From a virus, in the IMG/VR virus record IMGVR_UViG_3300030202_002990, positions 18,354 to 82,353 of that record: a DNA stretch of 64,000 nt. One strand, written 5' to 3'. Under the pieces are notes generated by a model. That model was given only the letters and a program-made list of their open reading frames with translations, made no database searches and had not been told where the DNA came from. Numbering within the stretch: position 1 is the stretch's first letter; each line of letters begins with the position of its first letter. Below, one piece after another: positions 61,797 to 64,000 of this stretch. Made by a program: the position numbers and the translations under genes.

Positions 61797-62342
61797 TTAC
61801 TTTATTCTTTGAACCCATTTTCTTAATCTTTTTGGTAACATCTGTTGGTCGGTAATCATATTGGTTAATTGATTCTTCGTGACCATAGATATCTTATCAT
61901 CTAAATACAACTCCTTACAATAATCTAATGTGGGTTGATATCCCCAATCATTATAATATTTACGGATTAAACCCTCTGATTCACTCATACTAAGATAAGT
62001 AACCTTTGGGGTAGACCATATAACTTTTCTCTTTGGTTTAGGATTGTTCTTACTTTCCTCATATTGTTTCAACCACCTATCCCAAGAGTTATCCTTCATG
62101 ATACCCTTGGCCATTTTACCACCACCACCAACACTTCGTCTATCCATTCGTTTGAGATTGTCGGATTGTGATTTCTTTACAGGTTGTACATAACCACCAG
62201 TCTTGTGCGGATAAACCGTATGAGCTGAATACTTTTCTTCTTTACTACAATCTAAACATTCTGTATAACCTAAATGAACCCTATGGTCGGATAAAGTATT
62301 GTCACACTTTAAACAAACGGTGGTGTTTCTTTCCTTACCCAT
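61797..62342 (-). CDS. Zinc-finger hypothetical protein
   Basis: CLKC...R..LGY.ECLDCS. Confidence 0.55.
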   Translation of the reverse strand: MGKERNTTVCLKCDNTLSDHRVHLGYTECLDCSKEEKYSAHTVYPHKTGGYVQPVKKSQSDNLKRMDRRSVGGGGKMAKGIMKDNSWDRWLKQYEESKNNPKPKRKVIWSTPKVTYLSMSESEGLIRKYYNDWGYQPTLDYCKELYLDDKISMVTKNQLTNMITDQQMLPKRLRKWVQRIK

Positions 62343-62970
62343 TCTATATCCTTGACTTCTGTTTTCTTTTTTAATTTTTCTCTAACATCATCTTCCGATG
62401 TACCTGATAACCAAAACTTTATAACCATACCTTTCGGTTGGTTGATATCGGTATTCCTAGCCTTGATGTGATACCAAGAGTCTTCCATTAGGCTTCAGCT
62501 AATGTCCATTTCGAATCTTTGAGTAGGTTTGGATGCTTATATAACATCTTAACCATAAACTCCATTCTGTCTAATTCATCATCGAACTTAAATGGTGTAT
62601 CCGTAATACCCAAGTGTTCTATTGAATCATCTACATTTTCACAATGTATATTGATTAGTTCTAAATCCATTATCATAGTTTCATTCATTACGCTAACCTC
62701 ACAGATACTTCACTTCTATCTTGATTGTTATTAAATACTTTGGCGATAGCCTCACTACCCATGTCTCTTGGGTCACCTACTATAATTGTATGACCTAAGT
62801 AAGTATCGTTAAACTTTAACTCAACCATGTACTCAGGTTTATAACCTGGTCCTGTGGTACATTCACCATACTCAATGGTAAAAGTTCCAAACCTTGTTTT
62901 AATACTATGTGTTTTAAATTCATCCATTATTGATTCCTCTTGTTAGTTATTATCTCATTTCTCATATAAG

Positions 62971-63000
62971 AATATACTAAGGAATTGGTATACGAGTCAA
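62971..63000 (-). promoter_or_regulatory. Repeated early promoter (class A)
   Basis: TTGACTCGTATA...TATATT with 18-nt spacer. Confidence 0.75.
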
Positions 63001-63731
63001 GTGTTTTTTTCATTTATTTTATCCTTTTGAAATTTGAATCTCATGTCGTATTCCTCAATACCCTCATCAATACATTTCAATATTCGTTTGACAAAGCTAT
63101 CCAATATCCAATTATCGGTATTAATACTTTTCAATAAGTAATACACCTTATCATCTATGTTTAATTTAATAGTTTTCATTTAGTGTTTAAAAAAAAGGGG
63201 TTAAGAAAAAAACGCATATAAAAAAGATACGCATAAAAAAGACATAATACTCTTTAATACGCCGCCGTCTAAAACTTCTTATGTTTCCTCACGAAGTAAT
63301 CGTAATCATCCTTGTCGTGATTCCAATAGGCTTTCAAGACTTCCCAACCATGATGTATTTTACAATACTGAACCAATTCGGTATGGGAGTGCATAATCAC
63401 AGGTAATGAATACTCGTGTAGGGTTTCGCGGACATCCTTAATGTAATGTTTATCTATGGGTTTGTGTTTGGGCCAATCCTCTACTATCTCACCATTGATA
63501 CTCGTTAATGGTGGAGTATGGTTTAAGGCACCATTAGGATGATTGGTACAACTAATCAATTGTAGGTATAGTATTATCATACACCCTACAATGATTAACA
63601 TACCCACCCTCATAACGCCTTTTTCCAAGTCATTCATATTCACTCCTAAAATTGAAATTGTGCCCATCCGAACCATACGAGGGTCATGATTATAAATATC
63701 ATAATGTATTCTGTAATTGTAATGTTTTGTT

Positions 63732-64000
63732 TCATTTGATTTCCTCAAGGTATTGATGTAATACCTTATCGTTTGATTGGTTAGTCATTTTGTTTAATTG
63801 AAATATGTTCCATGAATCCATACCATACTGACCTACGCCGTAACACTCTTGAATGGATTGAAAACCATTTATATAGTCTTGTGAAAATCTCCTTAATGTG
63901 TGTGCTCTCTTGTGGTGTAGACCAAGCGGTTGTAATAAATGAGATAAAAACTTTTCATCACTATTAATCATATCATGGGGTGTGGGGTAGAGAGTAAACA
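63732..64000 (-). CDS. HhH-GPD DNA glycosylase, MBD4-like (5' end beyond the window)
   Basis: Frame open to the window edge: FTLYPTP...LLQPLGLHHKRA.TL.RFSQDY...YGVGQYGMDSWNIF...DKVLHQY. Confidence 0.75.
   Translation of the reverse strand, partial: FTLYPTPHDMINSDEKFLSHLLQPLGLHHKRAHTLRRFSQDYINGFQSIQECYGVGQYGMDSWNIFQLNKMTNQSNDKVLHQYLEEIK

Noticed and set aside
1148-62734. Numerous plus-strand ORFs in the six-frame track
   Set aside because: They are antisense shadows of well-supported minus-strand genes and lack SD sites or motifs. Only 19955..20176 and 20316..20513 are accepted.
37958-63000. Repeated ~30-40 bp intergenic sequences as CRISPR repeats or att sites
   Set aside because: They are dispersed, not arrayed with spacers, and contain -35/-10 boxes upstream of genes. 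Promoters explain them.
63186-63246. Short ACGCATA-AAAAAAGA repeats and A-tracts as an origin
   Set aside because: Only two or three degenerate low-complexity copies, not enough to support a call.
1-64000. Genome-wide stop-codon reassignment
   Set aside because: Genes are full length in the standard code and end in TAA, TAG and TGA. The TGA at 50842-50844 is a single site at a redox position.

Overview
AT-rich segment of a large, lytic, myovirus-type (contractile-tailed) phage genome, almost entirely encoded on the minus strand. There is no integrase, rRNA or CRISPR array. Layout: 1-3.3 kb is an envelope/second-messenger operon (beta-barrel-like protein, lipoprotein, MshEN c-di-GMP-binding membrane protein, thioredoxin-fold protein, Popeye/cNMP-type membrane protein). 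3.4-19.7 kb is the baseplate/tail module (gp6-like wedge, gp25-like, gp5-like hub) with an inserted ferredoxin. 20-24.9 kb holds a TonB-C protein and four type IV pilins behind a sigma54-like promoter. 25-64 kb is a dense early/middle accessory region: sigma factor, three DNA methyltransferases, MamI-like endonuclease, tmRNA, GuaB, Def, Hsp20, MoxR/vWA, BtuM-like transporter, IscA, UvsE, dUTPase, tRNA-Cys, tRNA-Ala. Features missed by the ORF track include a UGA-containing SelW/Rdx-type selenoprotein gene with a SECIS-like hairpin, a tmRNA with a probable 38-aa tag, two repeated promoter classes and conserved 12-codon leader ORFs. The host is inferred, not shown, to be a Gram-negative, probably marine, selenocysteine-using and piliated bacterium (FCB group, e.g. 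Marinimicrobia). All protein family calls come from motif recognition by eye, not database searches.
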